Source: Candidatus Syntropharchaeum caldarium
GTDB taxonomy: Archaea; Halobacteriota; Syntropharchaeia; Syntropharchaeales; Syntropharchaeaceae
Length of the DNA stretch: 32,000 bases
Direction: 5' to 3'
NCBI GenBank assembly: GCA_001766815.1
Contig: LYOS01000006.1
Location: forward strand, 1 to 32,000
Part shown: positions 1 to 8,977 of the stretch, piece by piece
Layout of the letters: every line of letters begins with the position of its first letter
Position numbering within the stretch: position 1 is the first letter of the stretch
Program-made: the position numbers and the translations under genes
The notes under the pieces: model-generated
The model's database searches: none
What the model was told of the DNA's origin: nothing
The model's input: the letters and a program-made list of their open reading frames with translations, nothing else

Positions 1-206
1 ACCGCGATCGCCCCTCCAGGTATCTCGACAGGCTCAATCTTGATCGGCACCATCTTGTTTGCTTCGACCTTCTTATCCTCTGCGGCAACCGCCATCTGCC
101 ACTCGGCTTTTGACCTTACAAATATTGCACATGGCCCCGCCTCAACTGTGATCTTCTTTGGTGTTTTACCGATCTCATCTTCCCAATAAGTCATATCGAC
201 CTTCAT
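1..206 (-). CDS. hypothetical protein, N-terminal part only (gene runs off the window start)
   Basis: ATG at 206-204 directly preceded by GGAGTGATGAA (207-217, minus strand). The frame is open to position 1 and begins MKVDMTYWEDEIGKTPKKITVEAGPCAIFVRSKAEWQ. It lies 56 nt downstream of the fqoF stop on the same strand. No family recognised. Confidence 0.5.
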   Translation of the reverse strand, partial: MKVDMTYWEDEIGKTPKKITVEAGPCAIFVRSKAEWQMAVAAEDKKVEANKMVPIKIEPVEIPGGAIA

Positions 207-262
207 TTCATCACTCCATTATCCAGATATTAAGCATTATTAATATAATTTTTCCGAACGCC

Positions 263-1300
263 TCAGACGCTCTCGACATAGAACCTCCCGATCTTGTAGT
301 TGATCAGGAATTCAAGCTGTTTCTCCACCGCATCACCACCAAACTCTGCATACCCCTTTTCACGGATATAGTCCATGACCTCTGCCGCATTCTTCTCACG
401 AACTGCCACACTTGAGAAGCCTGGCTTGCTACCCACACTGCCCACACTGACATCGGCCTCAACTGCGGTAAAGTCGGTACAGACGCTACAGCCTGACGGT
501 AGTATCTCCTCAAGCTCTTTCACCTTGAAGGTAACAGGCTCTTCTTCACCCTCCATTGTAGCGATGAACTTGCCCTTTGTGATATCCGTCTTTATGAGTC
601 TGTTATGGTCAACACCCTTCTCACTCAAGAATGCTGCGAGCTCCTCGTAGTGGAAGTTTTCTGTACAGAACAGTCCCACAACAAGTTTCACCCGCTCACG
701 AAAGAGTGGATATTCCTTCTGTAGCTTCTTAACACCTGATACGATGCAGGGCGTTCCAACGATCCCAACACCTTTCTTTGATAATAGAACCGCTTTTTTA
801 AGATCCTTAAGGACTGTTGCAAATGTGTACTTTGTCCCGGTGAGCGTTCCCATCTCAAGCTGGGATGGATCGTAGACGTGAAAGACTTCAGTCATCCATT
901 CATCGTTTCTACCCACAAAGAGCGCCCGATCGATCATACCCATCTCAATAGCTGACATCATGATCTCTGTTACCATCGCACCGTCCTGTCCAACAAAACG
1001 GTTTGATTTTGCCGCGATAAACTCCAGGTACTCGCCCATCCCGTACTTTGGCTTATAATCAAACCTGGGACATACCCTTACACAGGCACCACAATCGGTA
1101 CAGCGCTCTTTGTAGTCAGGAAAGTCCACAGGTTTTGCTGCGATTATTCCATCAACAGGGCAGATACACGCGCACGTCAGGCATCGACTGCAGATTCCGG
1201 TATCGATCACTGTTTCTTTCAGGTTCTCAAAGTATGTCTTATCCTTCAACGGTTTATTGACAATGGCGATTTTCCACTCAAACTTCCCTGCTGCTGCCAT
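263..1300 (-). CDS. fqoF: F420H2-oxidising input subunit of F420H2 dehydrogenase (FqoF/FpoF, FrhB family), 345 aa
   Basis: N-terminal ferredoxin motifs CSRCLTCACICP and CTDCGACVRVCP, followed by an FrhB/FpoF-like core (GIVGTPCIVSG, C-terminal PSGCSVCTDFTA). Start chosen at ATG 1300: GGAGGG lies upstream and it sits 2 nt after the fqoI stop (1303-1305). The ORF-track start at 1366 would overlap fqoI by 64 nt. Confidence 0.9.
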   Translation of the reverse strand: MAAAGKFEWKIAIVNKPLKDKTYFENLKETVIDTGICSRCLTCACICPVDGIIAAKPVDFPDYKERCTDCGACVRVCPRFDYKPKYGMGEYLEFIAAKSNRFVGQDGAMVTEIMMSAIEMGMIDRALFVGRNDEWMTEVFHVYDPSQLEMGTLTGTKYTFATVLKDLKKAVLLSKKGVGIVGTPCIVSGVKKLQKEYPLFRERVKLVVGLFCTENFHYEELAAFLSEKGVDHNRLIKTDITKGKFIATMEGEEEPVTFKVKELEEILPSGCSVCTDFTAVEADVSVGSVGSKPGFSSVAVREKNAAEVMDYIREKGYAEFGGDAVEKQLEFLINYKIGRFYVESV

Positions 1301-1302
1301 TA

Positions 1303-2037
1303 CTAAATCTCCCTCCTGACAAGCCTCAGTACCTGCATTGAACACTCCTTGACACACAACCCACAACCGTTGCAGGTCGTGGTATCGATAGCCATTCTGA
1401 TTTCATCTCCATCTAATGTTGACGTGATCGCTCCACTCTCGCATACCTCTTCACAGACCCTGCAGGAAAGGCAGTTCTCAGGAGCAACACAGACTGAGAC
1501 CATAGAGATCTTTTCCAGCTCTGGAAGCTCAACTGCAAGGTCATCCAGTCCCTTTACGCGCTCGAGGCTGAGATCATGCTCGTCTATCTTATACTCAACA
1601 TACTGCTCATCCTCACGGACAAGATCCGGCATATCGATCATATCACAGGTAGGAGTCAACATCTCATCCACATCATTGTACGCAACATCATGAACTTTTG
1701 TCGGCTTGAGCGCACCGCCTGGACATGAATCAAGACAGAAGTAGCAGAAGATACACTTCCCGTAGTCTATCGTTGGATAGTAGCGATTATCAGGTGCCTC
1801 GCGCATCCCAATTGCGTTTGCAGGGCATATGAAGCTGCACTGGAAGCAGCTTATGCACATTTCAGGGTCAAAGCGAAGATAGCCCCTGAAGCAGTCTGGC
1901 ATCCTGCGTCGCTCTCTTGGATAGTGAGATGTGACAGTCTGTGGTAGGATAGCTTCTTTGATTGCAACCTTGATAGCAGCAGCATGAGACTTTACAGTCT
2001 CGCCAAGCCCGTAATCAGGTGCTACAATCTTCTTCAT
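1303..2037 (-). CDS. fqoI: F420H2 dehydrogenase subunit I (NuoI homologue) with an additional C-terminal 2x[4Fe-4S] ferredoxin domain, 244 aa
   Basis: Canonical NuoI motifs CISCFQCSFICP and CIFCYFCLDSCP, plus a second pair CLSCRVCEEVC and CNGCGLCVKEC after an acidic linker. Start ATG 2037 forms an ATGA overlap with the fqoH stop (2034-2036). Confidence 0.9.
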   Translation of the reverse strand: MKKIVAPDYGLGETVKSHAAAIKVAIKEAILPQTVTSHYPRERRRMPDCFRGYLRFDPEMCISCFQCSFICPANAIGMREAPDNRYYPTIDYGKCIFCYFCLDSCPGGALKPTKVHDVAYNDVDEMLTPTCDMIDMPDLVREDEQYVEYKIDEHDLSLERVKGLDDLAVELPELEKISMVSVCVAPENCLSCRVCEEVCESGAITSTLDGDEIRMAIDTTTCNGCGLCVKECSMQVLRLVRREI

Positions 2038-3122
2038 AAGATCAGAACCTCCGCGAGTGATATTACAAGTGCAAGTGTACCCATGATCAGCATCGAACTC
2101 CACCCAATCTTCAATCCCTGATCAAGCCTGTATCTTGGATAGACACCACGTAGGGCGGCCAGAAGCGTCATAACAATCACCGTCTTTATCATGAAATAGA
2201 CAACCCCTGAGAGGTCGCCAAGTATCGCAATCTCAGGACCACTGCCACCTCCCAGAAATAGAATCGTCATCAGCCCTGAAAGGATATACATCTTCTCATA
2301 ACACATCACATAGATCAGCCCGAATAAGATCCCCGAATACTCAACATGAGGTCCTGCTGCAAGCTCCTGATCTGCCTCAGCAATCTCAAAGGGCAGACGG
2401 GATGTTGCCATCGCTGCAGCTATAAAGAATGTGAGGGCTGCAAGCGGGTTCAGGATGATCCCTGGAACTGACATTCCCGCGATTGCCACGGGATCTGATG
2501 TGCCATAGAGGACAATCATCGCAAGAACAGCGATTATAAATGGGATCTCATAGGCAAAGTACATGAACGCCTCTCTCACCGTCCCGATATATGCAAACCT
2601 TGAGTTTGATGCCCAGCCAAGCCCCAGTATGAAGAACGGAAAGAGGCAGACGAGTGCAAGTATGATCTGGACGCCGTAGGCTGATTTAACGGCAACGATC
2701 ACCCCTGCAGGGATGAATAGAAGCGGTAGAAGTGCTGGGATAAATGAGAGCACAGGGAATTGCACGAAGTAAGGTTGCTTTGCATCTCTGTGGACGATCA
2801 CCTCCTGGAAGAGGAATCTGAGTGAGTCTGCAAGAAGCTGGATGATGCCGCCAAACTGCGGGAGTATCTCTCTGGGTCCAACACGCCACTGCATCCTTGC
2901 AACAAGCTTTCGCTCAATCCATGGAAAGAGCATCAGGATAACTCCGAGCGTTGCAAAGCCAGGACATACAAGCCCTGCAAAGATTGGCTTCCAGAGGATG
3001 AAGGCAAGTAGATACCCAAGAAGCGGTATCCCGTAGAGGACATTTAAGATTGGATCAAGAAGCGGTATCGCCACCTGATCCGCCATCATCAAATTTATCA
3101 GTGCTTCAATAGTTCCCATCAT
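2034..3122 (-). CDS. fqoH: F420H2 dehydrogenase subunit H (NuoH homologue), polytopic membrane protein, 362 aa
   Basis: NuoH-like sequence (WIERKLVARMQWRVGP, EIAEADQELAAGPHVEYSG) with multiple hydrophobic helices. Sits between the BCD fusion and fqoI as in complex I operons. Confidence 0.92.
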   Translation of the reverse strand: MMGTIEALINLMMADQVAIPLLDPILNVLYGIPLLGYLLAFILWKPIFAGLVCPGFATLGVILMLFPWIERKLVARMQWRVGPREILPQFGGIIQLLADSLRFLFQEVIVHRDAKQPYFVQFPVLSFIPALLPLLFIPAGVIVAVKSAYGVQIILALVCLFPFFILGLGWASNSRFAYIGTVREAFMYFAYEIPFIIAVLAMIVLYGTSDPVAIAGMSVPGIILNPLAALTFFIAAAMATSRLPFEIAEADQELAAGPHVEYSGILFGLIYVMCYEKMYILSGLMTILFLGGGSGPEIAILGDLSGVVYFMIKTVIVMTLLAALRGVYPRYRLDQGLKIGWSSMLIMGTLALVISLAEVLIL

Positions 3123-3128
3123 CTTAAA

Positions 3129-5450
3129 TCACCTATCTGCCTCAGGCGGGAAATATCCAAAACTTCCATAAACCGCCCAGAAATCTGCCATCTTCTCACC
3201 CCGCGATGCCTCAATGATCCCTCTCAGGTTATACCAGCTGGGCGAGATCGTTCTCACGCGATAGGGTACGTTCGAGTCACCATCACTCAGTATGGAGAAG
3301 AAGAGTGTGCCACGTGCTGCCTCTGTCACCGTGCTCCACTCACCCCGTGGAAGAACCAGATTACCAAAGACACGGTAGAATGAGCCGCGTATGTCATCTT
3401 TTGCCTCGCTGTACTCCCCAAGCACCGTCTCACTTATCACGCCTCCACGCTCCATCGACTTAAGCTTCTCTACACACTGTCTCACGATATTGAGGCTCTC
3501 CTGCATCTCTTCAAGCCTTACAAGGAATCTTACAAGGCAATCCCCATCATCTGCACCAATTACTTCCCAGTCAAGCTCACCATAGGCTTCATAGGGCTCA
3601 ATCTTTCTGATGTCATACTCAACGCCAGATGCCCTCAAAAATGGTCCAACAATCCCTGCTTTTATCGCATCCTCCCTTGATAAAACGCCCACACCCTTCA
3701 CTCTTGGTAGAAGAACCGGATTATTCACAAATATATCCTCAAACTTGCGGAGTCTGCCCAGAACCGCGGTTGGAAGCTTTTCCACAAGATTGAGCACATC
3801 ATCTGAGATGTCGCGCCTTATACCCCCAGGGATGATGAATGATGGACTGCACCTTGAGCCTGTCATCGCGGTTATCATCTCAAGGAGCATCTCTCTTATT
3901 GCCCACAGGTACATGAAACCTGTTGAGTGACCCATAAAGAGCGAGAATATTCCTGCATCGTACGTGAAGGCGTCAATCCTTGATAGTTCTGCCATCAACG
4001 TCCTGATGTATGTTGCACGCTCTGGTACATCGATCTTGAGAGCTTTCTCGATTGTTCTGACATAGCCGAGGTTCACATTAAAGGGATCAACAATACATAG
4101 CCGTTCAAATAGTGGAATATTCTGGATATACAGTCTGTTCTCAGCAAGTTTCTCCATTGAACGGTGGACATATCCAGGATCTGGTATAACCTCGCTCAGT
4201 GTATCACCCTTCAATCGCATGATCCACCTTAGATGTCCGCTTCCTGTATGGTGCGGTCCAACAAGAAGCAGATACTCACCTGCTGCCTCAACCTCCTCTT
4301 CAAGCCCCGGGGGAAGCGGTATATCAAACTCAGTCGGGGGGTCGATCACAGGTGCGAACGGCTTATCATCTTCAAGGACGTATCGCTCCTCTTCGAGTTT
4401 AAAAGATCTTCTGAGCGGGAACTTTGGCGTATCAGGCGCTAATAGGAAGTTTCCTTCCCTGCCTGGGTTTCCCTCAAATTTAACTCCAAAGAAATCCTGC
4501 AGCTCACGCTCGGTGTAATCAGCACTCATCCAGATGTCAGCAAGACTCGGGAATGAGGTTTCATCCTTACCTGATCTGAGATCTGCAAATATCGTAAATA
4601 AAACAGGCATCAACTCCTTCTCGTAGCTTCCTGCTGTGTACTCGATGATAAACTTCCGCTCATGCGGTACATCGATGACGTTCACGCTCTTTACGTGGTC
4701 GATTTTCATCTCAGCTGATAAACGGGCTGCAACTTCTCTGATATTCTCAGGTGTGGTCTTTATGGCAATTCTATCCTTATCAGTTACTGTGATTGAAATT
4801 ACAAACTTTCCAAGCACTTTTTTTAACATCTCAACGATTTGCTCACCCTCCTCCCAGCGAACTCCAGATGGGATGTCTGGCTTCACAAGCGGAGTTGGTG
4901 CGATGATCTTTGGACTTTCAGGTACCCGGTTCTTCTTACCCCCGGCTCCTGAAAGATCCACAGTCCTGAATGAGATTGTTGATCGGTCATCTCCCCCAAT
5001 CTTGTCCTGAAGTGCACGTATGCCCCTCAACAGTGCTTCAGGTGTTACAGGACAGCCAGGTACGAAAAAATCGACAGGCACGATCCTGTGGGGGTGTGTG
5101 ATATGATAGCTGTTCCAGAATATCCCACCGCGCTCTCCACATGCGCCGATCACATTCACAAACTTCGGATCAGGCATCTGCTCCCAGACAACCCTCAATG
5201 GACGTGCCATTTTCCTGGTGATTGTGCCCTCAACGATGATCGTATTCGCCTGCCGTGAGATACCCATCGCCAGCGATCCAAGTCGCTCACCATCATAACC
5301 ACAGCCATAGGCATGGGCAAGCTCCACACCACAGCATGAGGTCACAAAGTGGCAGGGCCATAAACTCCATTTTGCTGACCATTTCTTGAGGGGTGAAAGC
5401 GGCTCTGAATTAACGATATTAATGTTTCGTGTTTCCTCTTCTTTCATCAT
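3129..5450 (-). CDS. fused F420H2 dehydrogenase subunits B, C and D (NuoB-NuoC-NuoD in one 773-aa polypeptide)
   Basis: The N-terminus has the NuoB N2-cluster region (WPCHFVTSCCGVE, GACGERGG, VPGCPV). The middle is NuoC-like (SADYTERELQDFFGVKFEGNP). The C-terminus is NuoD-like (LLLVGPHHTGSGHLRW, ending GYFPPEADR). One uninterrupted ORF with no internal stop or frame change. Confidence 0.9.
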   Translation of the reverse strand: MMKEEETRNINIVNSEPLSPLKKWSAKWSLWPCHFVTSCCGVELAHAYGCGYDGERLGSLAMGISRQANTIIVEGTITRKMARPLRVVWEQMPDPKFVNVIGACGERGGIFWNSYHITHPHRIVPVDFFVPGCPVTPEALLRGIRALQDKIGGDDRSTISFRTVDLSGAGGKKNRVPESPKIIAPTPLVKPDIPSGVRWEEGEQIVEMLKKVLGKFVISITVTDKDRIAIKTTPENIREVAARLSAEMKIDHVKSVNVIDVPHERKFIIEYTAGSYEKELMPVLFTIFADLRSGKDETSFPSLADIWMSADYTERELQDFFGVKFEGNPGREGNFLLAPDTPKFPLRRSFKLEEERYVLEDDKPFAPVIDPPTEFDIPLPPGLEEEVEAAGEYLLLVGPHHTGSGHLRWIMRLKGDTLSEVIPDPGYVHRSMEKLAENRLYIQNIPLFERLCIVDPFNVNLGYVRTIEKALKIDVPERATYIRTLMAELSRIDAFTYDAGIFSLFMGHSTGFMYLWAIREMLLEMITAMTGSRCSPSFIIPGGIRRDISDDVLNLVEKLPTAVLGRLRKFEDIFVNNPVLLPRVKGVGVLSREDAIKAGIVGPFLRASGVEYDIRKIEPYEAYGELDWEVIGADDGDCLVRFLVRLEEMQESLNIVRQCVEKLKSMERGGVISETVLGEYSEAKDDIRGSFYRVFGNLVLPRGEWSTVTEAARGTLFFSILSDGDSNVPYRVRTISPSWYNLRGIIEASRGEKMADFWAVYGSFGYFPPEADR

Positions 5451-5451
5451 T

Positions 5452-5796
5452 TTAGATCGCCTCCGTCGTTGATTTTATCCCCACGTATATCGCTGGCACG
5501 ATGAGAACAAATGAAAGTGCGAGGAGTATAATAAAATTCAAAGCTGGTACGGCTGAGAGGACAAGTATTGCAACAACCACAGGCTCCACTGCCATGAATA
5601 TGAACATGTACCCGAGATACTCCATCGGCAAGAGCGACTTTGGTGCAGGTACAGGCAGGTTACCAGCCTCCCATCTTGATACCTTCAGATCGGATAGATG
5701 ATAGGTTGGTAGAATCTTTGAAAGTGCAAGGATCATCACGTCTGTAAGCACACAGACTGCAAGAATCACTCCGATTACAATAGCGTTCTCTATCAT
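5452..5796 (-). CDS. fqoA: F420H2 dehydrogenase subunit A (NuoA homologue), 114 aa, three predicted TM helices
   Basis: Size, hydrophobicity pattern and position immediately upstream of the B module. Its stop is 1 nt before the BCD start. Confidence 0.8.
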   Translation of the reverse strand: MIENAIVIGVILAVCVLTDVMILALSKILPTYHLSDLKVSRWEAGNLPVPAPKSLLPMEYLGYMFIFMAVEPVVVAILVLSAVPALNFIILLALSFVLIVPAIYVGIKSTTEAI

Positions 5797-5799
5797 TTT

Positions 5800-7035
5800 T
5801 TACCCTCCAATTCCTGTAAGACCTAACAGCGGAATGAGCGTCTCGATTGCCTCAACAAACCACGTTGGCGGGATGATTGTGACCATTACAAAGATCACGA
5901 CCGCAACTGCGATGATATTTGTGAAGTTAATATGCCAGTCTCCGCCAAGAACCTTTGCGAGCCGCAGATAATAGGGGATCGATATTGCAGCATTTATAAC
6001 AAGTATTGCAGCAAGCCAGAGGTATCCAACCTTCAAAAGGGCTATTGCAACAAATAACTTCCCCCAGAAGCCAAGAAGCGGTGGCACGCCCAGGAATGAA
6101 AATGCAAGCAGATACATCAACGGCGAGTACGCGTTCTCACCCTTTATCGCATTCAGGAATCCGATCTTTCCTGCGGCATTTGAGAAGAGGAGCAGAAGAC
6201 CGCCAGCAAGCGCAATACCCAAAAATTCCGGGTTTATGACTGCGACCATGCAGGAGAGCACATATCCCATGTTTGCCACGGTCGAGTAACCAAGCACTCT
6301 TGCAGGTTCGTTTGATGTTAGAGCTCCGATATTTCCGATAAACATTGATACTGCTGCCAGAACGGCTGTAAATACTGTAACAACTGCGGTAAGCTCTGTG
6401 GACGTTGAGTAAAGTATCCTCATGGCTGCAACAAACGGTACCACTTTAGCCATCGATGCGATGATCGATACAGGTACTGGATCAGCCCGTGCAAAGACAT
6501 CGGGCACCCACTCATGAAGCGGTGCGATTCCCACCTCGAGCGCAAGTCCGATTACGAGTGTCACATATCCAAGTATGTAGAGTGATTTTATCTCTGTTGC
6601 AAGGATCACAGCGCCTATCAGGAATAACACGGTTGCGATGACCATGAAAGTGATATACTTTATCCCAACCTCAACATCTACCCCACCCTCGCGGATCATG
6701 ACAAGCAGGTATGTTGGCGTTGATACAAGCACAAGCGATGCCAGAACGAGCGAGAGATCCGCAGTGTTGAAGATGTACATCGTTACAACACCCATAAGAC
6801 CGACGAGTCCATAGTCGATGCCCTGTATCTTGCTCTTCAGTGCGCCAAGTGATGCAAGATTCAGGATTGCTATCGCAAAGATGAAGACGCCATACTGGGG
6901 TGAATCACAGGCCAGGAATGCGATTATAAGCGCAAGTATCGCACCATAAAGCCCTGCTTTTGGGGATCTGACTGAGACGATCGATCCAAGCACGATCACA
7001 ACAATCGCAGCGAGCATCAGCATCAGATCATTCAT
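5800..7035 (-). CDS. fqoN: F420H2 dehydrogenase subunit N (NuoN-type antiporter-like subunit), 411 aa
   Basis: Polytopic Mrp/NuoN-like membrane protein (GIAPLHEWVPDVF motif). ATGA overlap with the preceding fqoL stop (7032-7035). Confidence 0.85.
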   Translation of the reverse strand: MNDLMLMLAAIVVIVLGSIVSVRSPKAGLYGAILALIIAFLACDSPQYGVFIFAIAILNLASLGALKSKIQGIDYGLVGLMGVVTMYIFNTADLSLVLASLVLVSTPTYLLVMIREGGVDVEVGIKYITFMVIATVLFLIGAVILATEIKSLYILGYVTLVIGLALEVGIAPLHEWVPDVFARADPVPVSIIASMAKVVPFVAAMRILYSTSTELTAVVTVFTAVLAAVSMFIGNIGALTSNEPARVLGYSTVANMGYVLSCMVAVINPEFLGIALAGGLLLLFSNAAGKIGFLNAIKGENAYSPLMYLLAFSFLGVPPLLGFWGKLFVAIALLKVGYLWLAAILVINAAISIPYYLRLAKVLGGDWHINFTNIIAVAVVIFVMVTIIPPTWFVEAIETLIPLLGLTGIGG

Positions 7036-8753
7036 AGAAGCATCCCTCCGATTGAAGCGAGAACGAGTGTCACCATCACGATCAGAAGCGCGATCTGGAG
7101 ATAATATGTGAGGTATCCAGTCTGGATCGATCTAATAACTTTTGACAATCGCTCAAAGAGAGCAGGGAAGATGAAGTACCTCTTCTCATCAAACTCTGCG
7201 TATTTTATCAGCGTATTCTCACAGAAGCGGATAAACCACCGCCCGGGCTTTCTGACAAACCAGTCGGTATCAAGCACGATCTCAGGTTCACCCCTGAACT
7301 TCTCACGCATTATCCAGAATGGTATGAATGCAAAGATGAAGAGCTGTGACATCGCGATGACATGCCCTGCGGTGTATGGCACAAACTCAACCGCATAAGG
7401 TAAGATATTGTAGAGTGGTTCTGGGTAAACCCCAAGGATAACGCAGAGCGCTGCTGTTAAGCCCATGCCAGCAAGCATATTCTTTGGTGGCTTTTTCACC
7501 TCGATCGAAGCAGGTTTTTCACCACCAAACCAGACATTTCTCGGGAGTTTGAGTGCGATACAGAAGAATGTACCGATCGATGCTCCCTCAAGAAGCAGCC
7601 ATATAATCGGTTCATGGAGCATCGCAGACGCTTCCACGGTCATCGTTTTACTCACAAACCCGTTGAAGAGTGGAAATCCAGAGATCGAGAATGCACCGAT
7701 CATGTAGAGCCAGAAGGTGACTGGCATATACTTATACAATCCCCCAAGCTCGGTAAACTTGCTCTTTCCTGTAACCTCCAAAACAACGCCCATGCCCATA
7801 AAGAGAAGCGCTTTGTAGAGGATATGACAGAATGCATGTGCGGTTGCACCGTTTATCGCCATCTCCCCTGCAGCAAGTCCGAAGATTCCCATCCCAACAC
7901 CACAGACCATGTAACCGACCTGTGAGACGATGTGGTATGCGAGAAGCCGTCTACCATCATTCTGAAGCATCGCAAAGATAACCCCATAGACTGCCATGAT
8001 CGCACCAAGCCACATCAGAATCTCGACACCAGGAAATCCTCTGGCAAGGACATAAACAGCGCTCTTTGTCGTGAATGCGGTCATGTATACAGCGCCGGTA
8101 ACGGTCGCCTCTGGATAAGCATCAGCGAGCCATGGATGGAGTGGCGGCACGGCTGCATTTATGATAAACCCAAGCAGGATAAGATAGTAACAGAGACCTG
8201 TGCCCCAGAATTGAGTGAATGACGTGAACTCGATCGAACCTGTGCTCTGGGTATACATCACGATCCCCCCGAGCAGGATCACGCCACCTGCAAGATGCCA
8301 CATGATATACCTGAAGCCTGCATTATGTGCAGCTTTTGTACCCCTGAACCAGATCAAGAAGAGCGAAGCCCATGCCATAACCTCCCAGAAAATATAAAGG
8401 GTGAAGAGATCGCCCGCAAAGACAGCCCCAAGCCCAGCTCCTGCGTACATCATCGCAGAGACATGCTCCCAGTCCCGTTCAAGGTGAAGGGCATAGATAT
8501 TCATACAGATTGCAGCGATCACAAAGACATAGGCAAAGACCATGCTCAACCTGTCAACCCTTCCAAGCACAAGCTCATATTCCATGAAATTGACGTTCCA
8601 GTACGAGCCATGCTGCATCATCAGAAGGTCGATGAGGGCTATAATCGGCAAAAGGAGGAAGTAAGCCTGTTTGAGCTTTCTATTTCTAATAAAAGGAATT
8701 AAAAGCGCTCCAAAGATGAGTATAAGCCCTGGATGTATCCACTCAATCGTCAT
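7032..8753 (-). CDS. fqoL: F420H2 dehydrogenase subunit L (NuoL-type antiporter-like subunit with C-terminal lateral-helix extension and terminal TM anchor), 573 aa
   Basis: MrpD/NuoL-like core. The C-terminal ~90 aa look like an amphipathic stretch (FVRKPGRWFIRFCENTLIKYAEFDEKRYF...) followed by a final TM helix (YYLQIALLIVMVTLVLASIGGMLL). GGAGGGAGG SD upstream of ATG 8753. Confidence 0.85.
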   Translation of the reverse strand: MTIEWIHPGLILIFGALLIPFIRNRKLKQAYFLLLPIIALIDLLMMQHGSYWNVNFMEYELVLGRVDRLSMVFAYVFVIAAICMNIYALHLERDWEHVSAMMYAGAGLGAVFAGDLFTLYIFWEVMAWASLFLIWFRGTKAAHNAGFRYIMWHLAGGVILLGGIVMYTQSTGSIEFTSFTQFWGTGLCYYLILLGFIINAAVPPLHPWLADAYPEATVTGAVYMTAFTTKSAVYVLARGFPGVEILMWLGAIMAVYGVIFAMLQNDGRRLLAYHIVSQVGYMVCGVGMGIFGLAAGEMAINGATAHAFCHILYKALLFMGMGVVLEVTGKSKFTELGGLYKYMPVTFWLYMIGAFSISGFPLFNGFVSKTMTVEASAMLHEPIIWLLLEGASIGTFFCIALKLPRNVWFGGEKPASIEVKKPPKNMLAGMGLTAALCVILGVYPEPLYNILPYAVEFVPYTAGHVIAMSQLFIFAFIPFWIMREKFRGEPEIVLDTDWFVRKPGRWFIRFCENTLIKYAEFDEKRYFIFPALFERLSKVIRSIQTGYLTYYLQIALLIVMVTLVLASIGGMLL

Positions 8754-8976
8754 AGTAGTCCTCCCTCCTCATGAGAAGATAATGTCCCAGCGTCTTTGAT
8801 AGAAAGATCAGAACAAAACAACCGAGAAATCCGAATATTGCATGAAACGCTGGTATCTTATCCCATACAAAGTGAACTTCGTGATGCGCCATAACGTCAT
8901 GCAACACACCTGCGATTACTGAGATTATAAGAATGACGTAGTAGAGCTTGAAATATGGTCCTGTCGGTATCTCCAT
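8743..8976 (-). CDS. small His-rich two-TM membrane protein encoded inside the fqo operon, 77 aa
   Basis: ATG 8976 is 1 nt after the fqoM stop (8978-8980), with GGGGGTG upstream. Its 3' end overlaps the fqoL start by 11 nt. There are two hydrophobic helices and the cluster HDVMAHHEVH. No family recognised. Confidence 0.6.
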   Translation of the reverse strand: MEIPTGPYFKLYYVILIISVIAGVLHDVMAHHEVHFVWDKIPAFHAIFGFLGCFVLIFLSKTLGHYLLMRREDYYDD

Positions 8977-8977
8977 C

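Noticed and set aside
1301-1366. N-terminal extensions of ORF-track calls: fqoF to 1366, fqoI to 2103, etfB to 14338, TrpD-like to 21667, DUF167 to 23487, acd to 12520, TrxR-like to 26579, small fqo ORF to 8991.
   Set aside because: In each case an internal ATG sits right at the upstream gene's stop, has a clear GGAGG-type SD, and gives an N-terminus typical of the family. The longer versions would overlap the upstream gene by 15-105 nt and add non-homologous residues.
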